Positions 63,195-64,000 of a stretch of 64,000 nt of DNA are shown piece by piece. The stretch spans positions 16,120,001-16,184,000 of the forward strand of contig OZ024745.1 in NCBI GenBank assembly GCA_964016885.1, in the 5' to 3' direction. The stretch is from Eledone cirrhosa (taxonomy: Eukaryota). A program made the position numbers and the translations under genes. Position 1 is the stretch's first letter. Every line of letters begins with the position of its first letter. Under the pieces are notes generated by a model. It ran no database searches, was not told the DNA's origin, and saw only the letters and a list, made by a program, of their open reading frames with translations.

Positions 63195-63321
63195 TTTATG
63201 TAGATATAGACTGGTTGTTGAAGCTGTAGTTCTGGAGGTGTATCTTAGATTGCTGTGTATAATATATAAAGCAATGCTGTCAAGAGAAGAATAAGTAATA
63301 TACCGTGTATATATATATATG

Positions 63322-63387
<66 letters not shown>

Positions 63388-63493
63388 GATATATTATTTA
63401 TTCTTCTCTTGACAGCATTGCTTTATATATACAGCAATCTAAGATACATCTCCAGAACTACAGCTTCAACAACCAGTCTATATCTACATAAAT
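63195..63493. repeat. ~105-bp inverted repeat pair separated by a (TA)n/(CA)n tract
   Basis: 63195-63302 is the reverse complement of 63389-63493 with few differences. Confidence 0.85.
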
Positions 63494-64000
63494 CCCTGAC
63501 CTGGCAGACCTACCGATGACGTAGTGTCAGACAGAACGCCGAAACCGTTTTGCACGTACTTGTACAGTGTTCAGGCATTGCTGACTTTTGTCGAACAGCT
63601 TTTGTTACGTATGGGACGGATTTGACTATTGGCTGAATCCAACATGAAAATCGCCCCACCGCCTTCTTGTGGCTACGAGGGGGAAGCAATTTGTTTCTGT
63701 CTGGTGGCTGTAGTAAAGAGGTTTCATGGTGGATGCGACTGAAAGGACTGAAGATAGACACATCGCTCTTCGGTCAATCACAAACTTTTCAAGTTCAACT
63801 TTGAAAAGAAGGTGAGGTTGGAGAAGGAAGTGCTACTCTCCATTATATTTTGTTAAAAGGTGGGTGTATGTAGCGAGGATGGCCCTAGTGAAAGAGCCTT
63901 CTCTGAGCATGCGCCTCTAGGTAGGTGAGTTCAAAGAGGAAGGTGATACCTTCCTACGGTGATCTTGGCAATTATGATGGGTTTGGATCTGTGCGGTTTC

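Noticed and set aside
63510-64000. Possible Ty3/gypsy pol remnant on the minus strand (FFSKLNLKS; LLQPPD...AVG)
   Set aside because: Only short motif resemblance, with stops and no YxDD; needs tBLASTn to decide.

Overview
Eukaryotic, AT-rich, microsatellite-saturated, almost gene-free DNA. The SINE families and (TA)n/(CA)n load suggest an octopus/cephalopod genome (inference). The only host-gene signal is two phase-compatible terminal coding exons at 316-373 and 596-717. An 18-kb, 23-bp-unit satellite with nested higher-order duplications fills 24657-42800. The rest is mostly mobile-element debris: Penelope-like retroelements (PLEs; one RT+GIY-YIG and three GIY-YIG-only fragments), CRE and RTE LINE remnants, a mariner relic, MITEs and tRNA-derived SINEs. 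The most interesting signal is at the RNA level. By eye I find about 17 minimal type-I hammerhead ribozyme (HHR) motifs, most with palindromic stem III, inside short modules inserted in (TA)n tracts. Many modules share an inverted-arm-plus-tail architecture. Two related PLE families carry a compensatory U3-A8 catalytic core (UUGAAAA instead of CUGANGA). One non-coding family forms 525-bp and 335-bp tandem HHR-bearing units (retrozyme-like) with covarying stems. HHRs in PLEs and retrozymes are known classes, so novelty of these particular families cannot be established without database searches. Nearly all long ORFs in the supplied track are microsatellite artefacts. Coordinates were counted by hand and may be off by a few bases.
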